64,000 nucleotides of DNA from Eledone cirrhosa (Eukaryota). Numbering within the stretch: position 1 is the first letter of the stretch; each line of letters starts with the position of its first letter. Below the pieces are notes generated by a model. The model saw only the letters and a list, made by a program, of their open reading frames with translations. It was not told where the DNA came from and searched no databases. The stretch lies in the NCBI GenBank assembly GCA_964016885.1, contig OZ024742.1, positions 191,208,001-191,272,000 on the forward strand, in the 5' to 3' direction. The translations under genes and the position numbers were made by a program. Positions 12,969 to 27,034 of the stretch are shown here, in pieces.

Positions 12969-13519
12969 TCTTGAAAATTTACGTTTGCAAGTGCGATTTG
13001 TAACTCACAAACACAAAATACCGTAGAAGCGAAATTTAATAGGAAAACCGCCGACAACTACCACCAATTCAATAAACGAAAATACGTTATTAAACTGGAT
13101 GTGCAAAAACAAACAGAATTCACCCTATAGTCATTTTCTATTATCTATTTATGTGAGAAAACTAATTTTTATGAGATAGTCAGTTGTTAGAAAAGTCATA
13201 AATTTTCAATTATTTGCAAAATTCTACAATTAAGTGTAAACCTCTCAGTAATCTTCAAAGTACGAAAGAAGTATTGATTATAAATGCAACTACGCCTTGG
13301 AATATATCTAGCAATTTTTGCTTTTTACATTCTGATTTCAAATCCTCCCGAGTTCCACTTTGCCTTTAACCCGTCCTTGATCAATAAAATAAAGAACCAG
13401 CCAAATACTGGGTAGATATATTCTATTTTCCGCTCCTCATTAATTACAATCCTTGTGGCTGGATTAGAAAACATTATATATATCACGTAAAGAACAAGTA
13501 CATTAAAATGTCTATGGCC

Positions 13520-14400
13520 GCCGTTACGTGAACACACTAGAGAGCTATTTCAAATGTTCAGGAAGCTTTTGCTCCTCCCCTCTTTCTCTCGTAGCTGCGT
13601 GTGGTTTTTTTCAGCGACACTCAAATGTTCGGGAATAATGGTAAACCAGCTCGAGGAATGGATTTCAAGCCTACTTCGAAGATCTGCCGTGGCTCTCAAT
13701 GAGAGTGTCAGAGTGTTGAGAAAATCGAGAGCAGCCGATGAAATATGAGACGCGATGTCTTGCTGCACGAGATTTTGCATGGTCTTTCTTACAAACTTTA
13801 CGCAAACATGCCAGACTTGTGATATATTAGCGGACATCTAGCCCGAATGGCACTAGGGTGGCAATATTCCCAGTTCTGTGAGACGAGGGACGATGCGACT
13901 GCTGAGAAAGGAGAAACAAATACCTTTCTCAGCAGATATTTTCATGGCCATAACTTTACTACATACACAGTTTAAAAATGTGGCCATGGTTTTAGCGATG
14001 AGCTTGGTGCTTGAAGTTGGAGGGGAGACAAAAATATCCGCCATTAAACAACTTCCATTTTACAACAACTTCCATCGTATGCAATACATCAAAGAGAGGT
14101 TGGCTAAGGAATCTGGCACGGACGGGATTTCGATCAACTTAGATCAGTGGAAAGCATGCAATAGGGTCGACGATTGGTACCTGGTGACAGTGACTACGGC
14201 AGCCTCTTCGGAATTTTTTCAGATAATGGATGGCTGTAATACACAGTGACAGCTACTCTGTGGTTAGAATGAACAGCAACCATTCAACATAATTCACTCG
14301 GTCCCCCAAGCATATAACCTGTCTTCTCTGTTTTATGTATTGATTCTCGAAGCATTACTATACAAATTGGAGACATTTGATACATCCCGCGTGTACTAGG
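13520..14400 (+). mobile_element. Decayed L1/Tx1-clade LINE RT fragment
   Basis: ORF 13878-14249 has RRGTMRLLRK, ITLLHTQFK..AMVLA and INLDQWKACNRVD..YL, resembling the Tx1 LDQxKAFDRVDHxYL motif. Confidence 0.7.
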
Positions 14401-15156
14401 AAGTAAGAGATCTGCCCCTGCATATGCCAATAACGTCCCCGCAGAATGCAATAACAGAAGCAAACATAGTCAATGGGGCTGCGGTTCGGCACTTGGTGTG
14501 TCTCGGTTATGGCACCCAACAGGATCAGTGTCGCGTGTAAGACCGATCCAATAGTCAATGGTACCAAGAGATGTCTCTGCCCCCAGTTAACAATTTAGGA
14601 TCATATAAGGTGTTTCCTCCACGAATAATAATTATTGAACTCTAAGAAAGAAAATTTTAGACAATATCTAAATCGTAGATGCCAACTCCTTTTAAGTGGA
14701 AACACTCATTGGATTCATCTGATCTTCAAACATATTGATATTAATTTTTATATTTTCTAAGCAACTTTTAATTTTCCAGATTTACATAAAAGGATACACA
14801 TTATACGCTATACATCTTCAACATTTAAATGAAAATACACATCTTAATATTACACACCATCATCTGCTATATTGAGTAAACATAAACATATATATTTCAA
14901 GTTTACATTTTGAGTTATTCCCATTATTACATTATGTAATAATATATAAATAAGTAGTTCATAAAATATCGTTTATATCCATTATATTTATAACTGTATG
15001 TTCAAACTCGTTCAAGTGCCCCATGAATAAATATACCATAAATTGGTTGATTCTTTCTCTATGTACCAGTGTGCACAATCCTGGCTGATGGCCATTATTG
15101 GAACTTGAAACGTTTAGTAGCGCTTTCTGTTCGTTACGAGTATAAACAGAGATGAT

Positions 15157-15259
<103 letters not shown>

Positions 15260-15399
15260 AAAGGTGAAGTTGGAAACAGCACGCAAAATATATTTAAGGG
15301 TCTGATTTTCTTTTTTGATTCGTCAAAGTGACATTATTGAAAAGATAACATTATTGAAAACATGAGAGGGACAATTCTTTTTTTTTTAAGTTTTATAAT

Positions 15400-17150
15400 G
15401 TATATAAAGTATATGAAGAATTACCGGTTTCGATGTTTTGTTAAAATCCATCTTATCGAATGTTGAGTATTGAAATAAAAATAAAATGAATTAATAGGAG
15501 TTAAAAACTAAGGATTTAAAATTAAAATCAAATGTTGGAGTAAATTTCTTCCATCCTTCTTGCTCAAAATTTCGTGGTAAGTGAAGATAGCAGTAGTTGT
15601 GTTTCTTCCCAGCCTGTGTGTGTATATATATGATTGTGTTAATCGACTGGTCAAAACTTCAAAAGGGGATGTGAATTGTAAGTTAGAGGTAAGTTCTGTG
15701 GAAGCAGCAGAAGGGTACGAGAAATTCTATTATTGGAATGTGATAACTTTTGATAACTTGTTTACTTGATAAATATGCACACCTTAGGTTTTTTTTTAGA
15801 TATTTATAATTTTGATTCGGATCTTTATTTATCTGTTTCTATTTTAAATGTATAATTTGCATATTTAACTTGTAAATTTACCGATTATAATTGAACTATG
15901 GATCATTCGTGCGTTTGCATATTTTACTAATTTTGAGTATGTTTTGGAGACTTAGAAAGTTAGATTTGCATTTTTTTATATATATCTAGGTATAAATATA
16001 ACAAACCATAATAGTCGACAAATATTGGTCTCTCTCTCCACTGAACTGGAGGTAAAACTACAATTAGAGTATTACTAATAATGATTATAATTATTTATTT
16101 ATTTAATGTATACCGTTTCATTAATACCTATAATAATATCTCTATATAGTTGTACAAATATGCCTATCTAGTGTAATAACATACTCGTAGTTACATTTAT
16201 AAATAATTTAGATACTCAAATGACTCTATATTATTATAAGGGTTTGATATTTCTTGGAAGTTCGAATTTATATAATGATTTTTACTTAATTTAATTTAAT
16301 TTAATTTAATTTATTTTGTTTTAATTAAATTTAGATTACCTTCGGCCTTCTCAAATATTTAGCTCCTCTTTCTATCACATTCGCTAAAATATTTTAGACG
16401 TATCTTTTGCCTACTATATATTAAAACCCTATTACATATATAATATATTTTTAATATTGGGCTTTTTAAGTTTCACAAACAATTCATTATTTTTAATTGT
16501 TATATTTATTTTGTATCTAGCCCTTATCTTGAGGAATATATTTATAGTATATATCTATTAAATGATTCTATTACAATAATTGATCTAAAACATTAATTTT
16601 TAACAATATTTTCAGTAACTTATTTACTATATTGTATTATGTTAAGTATATTTGAAAGGTATCATCTTAAGTCTTTAGACAATATAATCTTTGTGTATTT
16701 TTTTGATAAACGCATATATGTAATTTAAAATTCAGACCTTTTTAAGTTTAATTATAAGGCCTGTTGATCCTTTAGGCACTCAAATTGTTAATCAGAAATT
16801 CTTTAAAAATTATAACTGTAATTATTTTCTAAATTAAATTATATAAACTGTTGTCAATATTACATAATAAATTTGGTAAAGTTTACCTTCGTGAGGTTGT
16901 AAAAACATTATGTTTTCTTTCTCGTGTTTGTAAATCCTTTAAATTTGATTTCATAAAATTTGATTTTAGAAATTAAATTTGATAGTATACTTTAATATTA
17001 TTACAGACAATTATTAACTTCTTTTAAAACCTAAAATATTATTCATTACTCTGAGCTAACTTAAATTAAATATTTTGAATATTAACGGTAAACCAGATAT
17101 GTTTTGATATATATTGTATATATGGATAATTGTCTAAAGACTTGAACATA
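15400..17150 (-). mobile_element. Heavily decayed AT-rich PLE with decayed HHR at its 3' end
   Basis: Minus-strand remnant YYKYIPQDKG (cf. LYTNIPxxxG) near 16520-16550. Terminal motif CGATAA-GATG..CATC-GAAACCGGTA at ~15420-15460. Confidence 0.4.
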
Positions 17151-17479
17151 AGTTATTCCTCTTTATCTCTCTCTCTCTCTCTGTAATCAACTCTCCTTTG
17201 TTTTTCTAGGCCCCTACTAACTATATTAACCCCTCATCTGTTTCTTCCTCTATGCTTTTCTTCTATTTCCTCTTTCCTCAGTAATTTAAATTATTTAACA
17301 GTTATATTGATGCCAAGTATTTTCTAAGCTGTCTCACACGCACCCTCTCTATTGATTATATATTTTTCTCATGTTCTCAATATTAAGGTATATAAATATT
17401 GTGTTTTGTCATATATTACTCACTACCATGACTGAATATTTACCATCTACTATGTCAGGGTATGTCATGCATCATCTTA

Positions 17480-17542
17480 TTTTATCTGATGAGGATGTAC
17501 TGTTGAAGTTAACTCACTACCTCTGAAATATGTATAATAAAA
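17480..17542 (+). ncRNA. Type-I hammerhead ribozyme (left arm)
   Basis: TTTTAT-CTGATGA(17486-17492)-stem II-GAAA(17525-17528)-TA TG T-ATA-ATAAAA. 6-bp stem I, AUA triplet. Confidence 0.7.
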
Positions 17543-17772
17543 TATACTTCATCACAAGAATATCTATTTTGTTAATATTTTGAATTAATATTAATAACTC
17601 TGGAATATATATATATATATATTTAAAAGTTAAACAAGTTTCAATGAATAAATCAAAGAATGAGTTTTACAATAGATTGGAAGCACTCAACAAGTATGGT
17701 TTTCCAGAGTTATTAATATTAATTCAAAATATTAACAAAATAGATATTCTTGTGATCAAGTATATTTTATTA

Positions 17773-17835
17773 TTTTATTATACATATTTCAGAGGTACTG
17801 GGTTAACTTCAACAGTACGTCCTCATCAGATAAAA
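17773..17835 (-). ncRNA. Type-I hammerhead ribozyme (right arm, better-paired stem II)
   Basis: Reverse strand: TTTTAT-CTGATGA-GGAcGTACTG..CAGTACcTCT-GAAA-TATGT-ATA-ATAAAA. Confidence 0.75.
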
Positions 17836-17891
17836 GAAGATGATGCATGACATACCCTGACATAGTAGATGGTTAAGATTCAGTCATGGTA

Positions 17892-17926
<35 letters not shown>

Positions 17927-17959
17927 CCATGGTAGTGATATATATATATATATATATAA

Positions 17960-18285
17960 CCATGGCTTCGTGTTAATAGCATAAGGCTTGCAATCGGGAG
18001 GTTGTGAGTTCCATTATCAATCCGAAATGATGTGTTGTGCCCTTGAGGCAAACACTTCAGTTCACGTTACTGCAGTTTTCTCAGCTGTTGAAATGAGTTG
18101 TGACGTCACAATTCCCAAGATTTATCAGCCATTGCTTTTCCTAGGACAGCATCGATGGCGTGCAGAGGAGAGACTGGTATGCATCGGTGACTGCTGGTAT
18201 TCTACAAACAACTTTGCGGAGGGGAACTTTCTAGGTTCAAATCACTTAGTCATTCGTTACCGAAAGGGTTTTTTACCCTTTACCC
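17960..18285 (+). mobile_element. tRNA-type SINE (family B); related decayed copies at ~7850-8130(-), ~42590-42750(-) and ~56240-56350(+)
   Basis: tRNA-like head (GGTTGTGAGTTC) followed by TTGTGCCCTTGAGGCAAACACTT..CTCAGCTG..AAATGAG core. Confidence 0.6.
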
Positions 18286-18299
18286 TTTATATATATATA

Positions 18300-19090
18300 T
18301 TAGTTGTCTGCTGGAAGAAAAGGCTTGACCACTCCTGTGTACATGAAGCTAAGTTCTGACATGAATTGTTGGTTACTTTTTAGACCAGACTTACTTTTTT
18401 CATATATTGCATAGTTTTGGTGCTGCTTTGATTGAATCTTGATGAACCATGGAATATCTCTTGAAACCTACTTGATATTTGCGAGTGTTTTGGCATATAT
18501 GTCATTAAGAAGGGTGAACTGGTTTCTGTATTCTCTAGTGATTAGGGAGAGCTGTATTGTGTGCTCTGTACCTGAGCAAGTTCCCCTATATAACGATGAC
18601 ATGGTCACTGTGCAGTATCACATCGCTTTTGGTTAGGCAGCTTTAAGGAAGAACAAATAAGTGCTAACATCAAAACGAGTGTCTTATCATTTGAGGGCTA
18701 AGCTCTTGGATACTTACATCCTACTAGTTGAGTATTATGGTCTTCATTGTGTTAACTGAACGACATGGTCACTTCAGATATCTCTACGTTTCAGAACCAC
18801 ATCGTGAGACTCATGACTAACAAACGACTCAACGACCGCATACCTATCATTGAGTTACTCAACATTATCAAGCTTAAACCAATCAGTTATTAAGTCAAAA
18901 GTATCAAAAGATCAACTGGTGGTGTGAGCAAAGTGAGCTGGTAAAAGAAGCAGATGTCGATAGCCCAAATCCTGGGTTGATAGTGTTAACTTTTGGACTG
19001 AAATTGACATTTGTTCTGTAAACTCTGCTGTTGGTGATCGAACTTTGTAGAGAAGAATAACTCGTGTTGATGCTGTCTGCAACAGGCGGA
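18300..19090 (+). mobile_element. Decayed RTE-type LINE 3' region
   Basis: Reads TFQNHIVRLMTNKRLNDRIPIIELL...GKRSRCR*PKSWVDSVNFWT, like the RTE C-terminus (GxRxRGRPxxxWxD). Confidence 0.55.
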
Positions 19091-19141
19091 GTGAGTGTCT
19101 AGGAATATATATATATATATATATATAGAGGGAGAGCGAAG

Positions 19142-19172
<31 letters not shown>

Positions 19173-19539
19173 GGAGAGAGATAGAGAGAGAGATAAAAAG
19201 AGAGAGAGAGAGAGAGAGTGAGAGAGATACATACATACATATATACATACATACAAATAAACATATATGCCCATCAGTGTTTGTGTATAGACTTTTGATA
19301 GCATGTGCACAATTCAAGCATGATATGATGTTAAGAAAACGACAAGGCTTATTGATCTTTTCTAGATGGTTCTATAGTTTAATGTAAATATATTTATTTC
19401 AGTTATGATAAATAGGACAAAAGGAAAACATCTTTTATTACAAATATTGTTTAAATTATGTCAACCGCTTCCTAGGAATATTGATAACAAAACTTAAAGA
19501 TATACGTATGCAGGAATGTTCTACGATATGTGAATGTAT

Positions 19540-20095
<556 letters not shown>

Positions 20096-20134
20096 CTGGC
20101 TGTCGAAATGGCCGGAGCTCAGCCTGACTCTTTT

Positions 20135-20225
<91 letters not shown>

Positions 20226-20794
20226 CATGGAATGGGGAAGTATACAAAATACCACATACATTCTGTGTCAGACTACATTGGTCTTGTTTATATCTTACAA
20301 TTTATAGTTATATCTTTATAAAGTTTAAATTTTGTTGCGGTGTGGGCGAGGACATTCAATATATTCATTATATTACAACTCTTAAAATGTTTATAAGAAG
20401 TGAAAGAATAAATCATGAAAGCTCTAAGAACATTGAGGAATCAAAAAATATCTCAGGGAAAATTATAATGGCTGGGAAAAAATTTTAAACAACAATGTAG
20501 AGAATGATTCCGTAAAAATCGTTAATTTATAGAGAATTTATAAGCGTGACGTCTGGACTAGTTTTAACATGAACAGCTACCACCATCACCACGACGTTCA
20601 TATCAACAACAATATATTTTTTTCCACGGCAGTCTTATCAGTCACAGCGTGTTGGTTTCTAACGTATAAAAAGACAACACGTATTGAAAGAGCAAATTGG
20701 ATTTCTTAATCGTAACAAGAGGACAAGCAAAAATCAACATTACACGGATTTTGGACACAGTTCTAGAAGTGTAACAAAATACTAATTTCTAACA

Positions 20795-21020
20795 TAATGG
20801 TTTCTTATATAGGAATAAGGCCAGCAATTTGGGGGGAGGGAAAAGTCGATTAAATCGACTTCAGTGCGGGACTGGTACTTTATTTTATCAACCCCTTAAG
20901 GATGAAAGGCAAAGTTAACATCTGCGGGATTTGAACTCAAATCATAAAGGGCCATAACTCTATGCTGAAAAGTTAGGCATTCGACCCTCTACCGATACTG
21001 CCAATCCACCGCCCTCCCAA
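20795..21020 (-). mobile_element. Near full-length family A SINE
   Basis: GGTACTTTATTTTATC..CCC..AAGGATGAAAGGCAAAGTTAAC..GGGATTTGAACTCA (B-box on minus strand). Confidence 0.85.
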
Positions 21021-21185
21021 TGTCTAACATAATTACACAGAAGACAATACAGTGTGGGGAGGTATAGTTGGTTAAATCTAATCCAGAACGTTATTGTAAG
21101 CTTGTTTTATAACTTATCAAACACGTGAAGAATGAAACTAAAATTCAACGTTGGATACATTGGAATATCTATTACATGTTTATTT

Positions 21186-21520
21186 TCAAATAAAAAAGAA
21201 GGGGGAACAAAAGGAAAGAAAGAATAGGGAAACATAGAAAAAAAAGTGGAGAGAAAGAAAGGAAAGATCGAAAAGAGGCTGCGTTGGCAAGAGCTCTGGT
21301 GTCTCAGAAGAGAGGGGTTGAAGGGGGGTCATTGGATCTGGGCCTAGGGCAAGAGGGCAGAAGTGCTTCCCCACTGACAAGACTGCAAAAGCATTTCCCC
21401 GGACGATGGCCTGTAACACCCGCTGCAACAGACACCCAACCTCGCCTGGATCCTGCCTCAGGCGGCCCGCCGTCGCTCCGATTTTGCGGAGGAACTCAAC
21501 AGTAGGGGGTCCTATAAATA
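21186..21520 (-). mobile_element. 3' fragment of a CRE-type non-LTR element (restriction-like endonuclease end)
   Basis: GPPTVEFLRKIG...DPGEVGCLLQRVLQAIVRGNAFAVL matches the CRE RLE C-terminus (QRLSxAxQRGNA). Confidence 0.75.
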
Positions 21521-22073
21521 TTATTTTCTGTTTTTCTTTTATGTTCAAAACATTTTACTGAATCCTAAGAATGCCATGATGTACAAACTTTCTTGTTGCT
21601 GGATTTCAGAGGATTCAATAAAATGCCAGTAATTGCCTATAGGCCTATAAGGAGTGTAAAGTCACAATGCAACTCAAGAGCCACAGAGATGTATGGGAAT
21701 TCACTTGACATTTGATATTGCAACATTATCTATATTTCTTATTTGTATTACTAAAATATTACTTCGTGTCGCTGCTATAACAAAATTAAATGGGTGTAGT
21801 TTTTTGAAAAGTAGGTGTGGTATAAGAGAGGCAATAATTGATACGACAATTCCGAGACTATGATCGTGGGAAAAAAAAATAGATGTGTTTCGGTTCATTC
21901 TAGTTTCCACAAGGGAATGAAGAGCAGAAATATGCATAGAAATATTAGGGATCAGGCATTAACAATCGCCAAAAAGAACTAATCGATACGCGTTATAGAA
22001 TTTATAGAATTTATTTATTAATTTATATTATTAATATTATTAATTTCATATATATATATATAAATACATGCAT

Positions 22074-22184
<111 letters not shown>

Positions 22185-22198
22185 CATGTATATGCATG

Positions 22199-22251
<53 letters not shown>

Positions 22252-22264
22252 TTGTATATATATA

Positions 22265-22315
<51 letters not shown>

Positions 22316-22338
22316 ATATGTATATATGTATGTATGTA

Positions 22339-22380
<42 letters not shown>

Positions 22381-22382
22381 CA

Positions 22383-22452
<70 letters not shown>

Positions 22453-22531
22453 CAGGGTGTCCCCCAAAAGTGTATAGAGACTTTGAATTATCTGCAGTTG
22501 AAGTATGTATACATATTTGGGGGACACGCTG
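22453..22531. mobile_element. ~80-bp Tc1/mariner-type MITE
   Basis: TIRs CAGGGTGTCCCCCAAA / TTTGGGGGACACGCTG, in TA context. Confidence 0.75.
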
Positions 22532-22920
22532 TATATATATGTAGGATTGTGATCCTGCGTGAGTGTTATATAATTAATATATTGAAGAAGATGAATCATG
22601 TTTTCGTCATTTATGGAAAAGCAGTTAAGTTTTGCTGCACATTTTCAGCACATTTTCTATCAAACTGTTAAATTCCAGATTTTTAACTGTTGTTGAAGGA
22701 AAGAATGTGCAACTGCGGCAAAAATGCAGCAACATTAGCATTCATTTATTACAAATAATGTCTTCATAGAGGTATACAGATCCTTAGTAAGATGGCGGTG
22801 ATGTCGGCGAGGAGTAATATAGCTCTTATTGAATTCGACTGCTATAGTCACGGTAAAGGATCAGAAAATATAGGAGCAATGAGATCAAAGGAATTATTTC
22901 ACATATCATTCGTTATATAG

Positions 22921-22958
<38 letters not shown>

Positions 22959-22985
22959 GTATATGTATATATATATATGTATATA

Positions 22986-23098
<113 letters not shown>

Positions 23099-23144
23099 AT
23101 ATATATATATGATTAGAATTTAGATTCGAACACGGATGTATACA

Positions 23145-23408
23145 AATATGTATTTGAATTTTCTATTTCAAAGAAATATGGTATGTTTATAAATAAACAT
23201 TTAGAAATCCATAGCTATGAATAACGCCACCAGGCGGTGCCCAGCAGAAGGTTGGGGGACAATCGTCGATGCATTTCATACTCAACTGGTTCTGGTTTCT
23301 GTCGGCCACCGCCTGGTGGCGTTATCTGCTAGTGTGTTATTCATAGCTATGACTTTCTAAATGTGTATGTTGAAACATACCGTATTTCTTTAGAAATACG
23401 AAATACAC

Positions 23409-23410
<2 letters not shown>
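23145..23410. repeat. Imperfect fold-back element between TA tracts
   Basis: AAGAAATATGGTATGTTT..CATAGCTATGAATAAC-GCCACCAGGCGGTG pairs with CACCGCCTGGTGGC..GTTATTCATAGCTATG..AAACATACCGTATTTCTT. Confidence 0.85.
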
Positions 23411-23441
<31 letters not shown>

Positions 23442-23442
23442 A

Positions 23443-23473
<31 letters not shown>

Positions 23474-23531
23474 TGTGTGTGTATGTGTATACATATATGT
23501 GTGTATGCGAGCGTTTATATGTATATACTAT

Positions 23532-23575
<44 letters not shown>

Positions 23576-23749
23576 GTGAGGGTTTTTTTTTTACAAAATG
23601 AAAAATAACCGAGGTGTCCTAAAAACCACAGACCCTCCATCTCAACTCACCTTTTGAAAAGCAGAAGAACTGCGAAACCGGTATATATAAATATATATAT
23701 TTTAAAAAAAAATAAGACTTCAGTTGCATTTTCGATTTCATCTCCTTTT

Positions 23750-23828
<79 letters not shown>

Positions 23829-23850
23829 TGTATATATATATATACATATA

Positions 23851-24657
23851 TCTGTATATATATAAAATTAAGTACTTGTGTGTGTCTGTGTGTCTGCGTA
23901 TTACCTATAGGGGCCTACATCTTACGATCAATTTTCATGAAACTTTACAGGCTCATAGATTTGTCATCGCGTAGTGCTTTCTATATATCAGCGTATCGTT
24001 TCTTTTATTCCGGGGTGATTCTGCCGATAAAAATCGATAGGGTATCACCTTTTAGGTATCGAAAAATAAGATTTTTAGCTCTAGCTCCCACATTTTGCCA
24101 CCGATTTCGTTAAAATTGTAAAGCAAAATAGAATTTATCGTTGCACACGCTATAATGGCTTTATATTTTGCATTTGTTGTTTAGGGAGGGCGGGGCAGCC
24201 GCTTAAATATTCAAAAATACCACTTTTAGACTCAAATTTCCACTTTTCCGGCTCTAGCTCCGACACCAATCAACTTACTTCGTTCAAACTTTACAATACG
24301 CTAGATCTGACTATCGCACGTCTTAAAGTGGCGTTACATTTTGGATATTTTGTTCAGGAACGGCGTGGCAGCCGCTTGAATATTCGAAAATACCACCTTT
24401 TCACTCAAATTCCCGCCTTTTCGTTTCTAGCTCCCACATTTTCCAACCGATTTCGTTCAAATTCCAAACTGCCTCCCCCAGCATGCCCCTTCGTCAGTCA
24501 CCCGCTGTTCTCAGTGATAGAGGTCATCACCACCCAACCCGGCATGGCCTGTGTATGGCCATAAATGAGTCATCGAGAAACAGTTGCTAAGATCAACACC
24601 TTTTCATCAAAGCAGATATTATTTTACCTACCCAGGCAACGCTGGGTACTGCTGCTA

Positions 24658-24658
<1 letters not shown>
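23851..24658 (+). mobile_element. Non-autonomous Helitron
   Basis: 5' TC (TCTGTATATATATAAAA..TGTGTGTCTGT), subterminal hairpin CCCAGGCAACGCTGGG (24631-24646), 3' CTAG (24655-24658), inserted between A and T; internal diverged ~170-bp tandem repeats. Confidence 0.85.
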
Positions 24659-24744
<86 letters not shown>

Positions 24745-25921
24745 CTTGTATTTATATATGCATATATATATGTATGCGCGTATGCTAACGTATGTGTGTA
24801 TGCTTGCATGTCTTTCTAAGTTCGACTAATGAATGTGTTGTATGATACTTCAGTACTGAAGAAAATACAACTCCAAATCAAAGGTGTAGTTGCAAGTTCA
24901 CTATCTAATCTAAATCGATTAGTTACACAGTGTGTTCTTTGAATGGAGGCTATCGTTTATCTGAGTTTCGAGTAAAAATGTGTACATGTTCCAGTGTCAT
25001 AGGAGGTGCTGTGCTGACTGAATCATACATAGGTGTATTATTGGTTTATATTCTACCTTGGCATAATTAAGTTAAATGTTAATACTTTGTAGAGAATAAA
25101 AGCCCTATTGTTAAATAAACTACAAGATGAAATATGTGTGGGTCTTATTTTATGTATCATTTGCATGTTAAAATATTGTTTTTACTGTCTATAAATTGGT
25201 GTATTGATTATGAAGCACTTATTTACATAAAGATGGCAGAAAACGGATGGCAGAAAACAATGGCAGAAAACAGGTCGGAGTGGGTATTTTTACTAGTTTA
25301 TAATGGGTATGCGAAACTAAAGCAACATAGAAATGGGTGAATAAAGAACTGGAGAGAAACAAAGACAGAGAAATAGTGAGCTCATATGCGAGAAAGATAG
25401 AAGTGCCAAATTAGAGATTGAAAATGAAACAGTTGTCTACATATATGTATATTGTATATCTGTTTACACTCGAAAGTTCATATTTAGTATTAATCACGAA
25501 AATATTTTTAGAGCCGTTTAAAATATGACATATTTCACACCTGGCCAGCGCTTATTAAGAGCTTTGCACATACGTCTTCTCACACGATGCGCATCAGAAA
25601 CATAGATGGGTTGCAAAACATGAGCGGGTATTTCAAGAACTTTATACAAAAAAGTATTTGTGAAGATGGAGAATATTATTGAATGGACGAATCAACATTT
25701 TCATAAAATACAAAATATAAAACGACAAAACACAATAGATATTAAATAAACATGGATCAAGTTGAGGGATACCCACAAAGGGGTGAAATATTTTGAGAAT
25801 GGTTAATTAGTTTTGTAAGAAAAAACGAGGAAGCTATAAGATAATTGGACTACAATACACATATAACATGAAATAAATGAATTATAAACTACACAATTCA
25901 AGCAATATGTAATATAACATG

Positions 25922-25979
<58 letters not shown>

Positions 25980-25982
<3 letters not shown>

Positions 25983-26530
25983 CTTGTTCTGCTTATATTG
26001 ATATTAAGTTCTGGTATATCAAATTATTACCATAGAACCACCTTAAATCATAGACACACTATATATTTCCGGGGGTACATTGTACCCTCAGATATATATT
26101 AACCTTATTCAATAATCTCCAGTATGTAGAGATAAAAAATTTGTCGTTCTATTTAGTTACAAAAAATCTTTTTTTTTAGTGGCGATTATAGACGGCGAGT
26201 CTACGATTTCCCGCCTTCACTATACACCAATGTATTTACGGGTCACTTTCACGACCTTTTAGACCTGTATTAGTTGGAGTGAGGTCATATATTTTGTCGT
26301 TCCTGGGGTTTTTAACCCTAGGACAGGAAAATGCTTCTCTGATGATCGTTGCTTTTCAATTAATATCCTCGTGATATTTAATGTTTTGCACCGTGAAACT
26401 GTACAGTTAGGGCCATTTGAATAGGTAAATATTTATATTATATTTTTTTAATTTTGATTAATTTTAATTGTATATTAATTTTGATTTATTTTGAAAAATT
26501 GGTTGAATTTTACTTGTTCTGCTTATATTG

Positions 26531-26534
<4 letters not shown>
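25980..26534 (+). mobile_element. ~550-bp non-coding HHR-bearing element bounded by ~24-bp direct repeats (PLE pLTR / retrozyme-like)
   Basis: TTACTTGTTCTGCTTATATTGATAT at both ends; (TA)n on both sides; internal HHR. Confidence 0.75.
26329..26418 (+). ncRNA. Type-I hammerhead ribozyme
   Basis: AAATGCTTCT-CTGATGA(26339-26345)-stem II-GAAA(26395-26398)-CT GTAC AG-TT-AGGGCCATTT. ~10-bp stem I with one mismatch, palindromic stem III, GUU triplet; the first pair of stem II is mismatched. Confidence 0.75.
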
Positions 26535-26561
<27 letters not shown>

Positions 26562-27034
26562 TATATTTTTTATATATATGTATGTGTGTATCTATAGCTC
26601 AGACTATATTCCTCCCCTTTTGAATCTTGCTAACCCAACCTCTAATGAAAGACTTTGTTCTAGTCTTACTCAGCTTAATCTGAGCCATAACATTAACATC
26701 CAAGTAGCTGAGCATTGCTTTATCACGAGCACGTTTCAGGTAATTCTCAGGTTAAATCAGTGAGACAGAATATCCGACAAATCTGCCCCATGGAATTCAA
26801 TACAGAGGTCAGGTTCCGAAGTGTTTCCGTCTACCAAACGTCAAAGGCTTATTATTCAACAGCTATGACCTCACCGTGCAGTAGGAAAAAAACAGGAAAA
26901 CATAATGTTTTAGTGGAATTTAACTTGTTAATTCACTGATATGCTTAGAAAACTATCAACAAATGGTCAATATTATATATATGTGTGTGTGTGTGTGTGT
27001 TTGTGTGTAGATATATATATATATGTAAATTAAA

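Larger units (their letters stand above)
17420..17895. repeat. Inverted repeat (~185-bp arms, ~95-bp spacer), each arm carrying an HHR
   Basis: 17420-17605 is the reverse complement of ~17700-17895. Confidence 0.92.
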
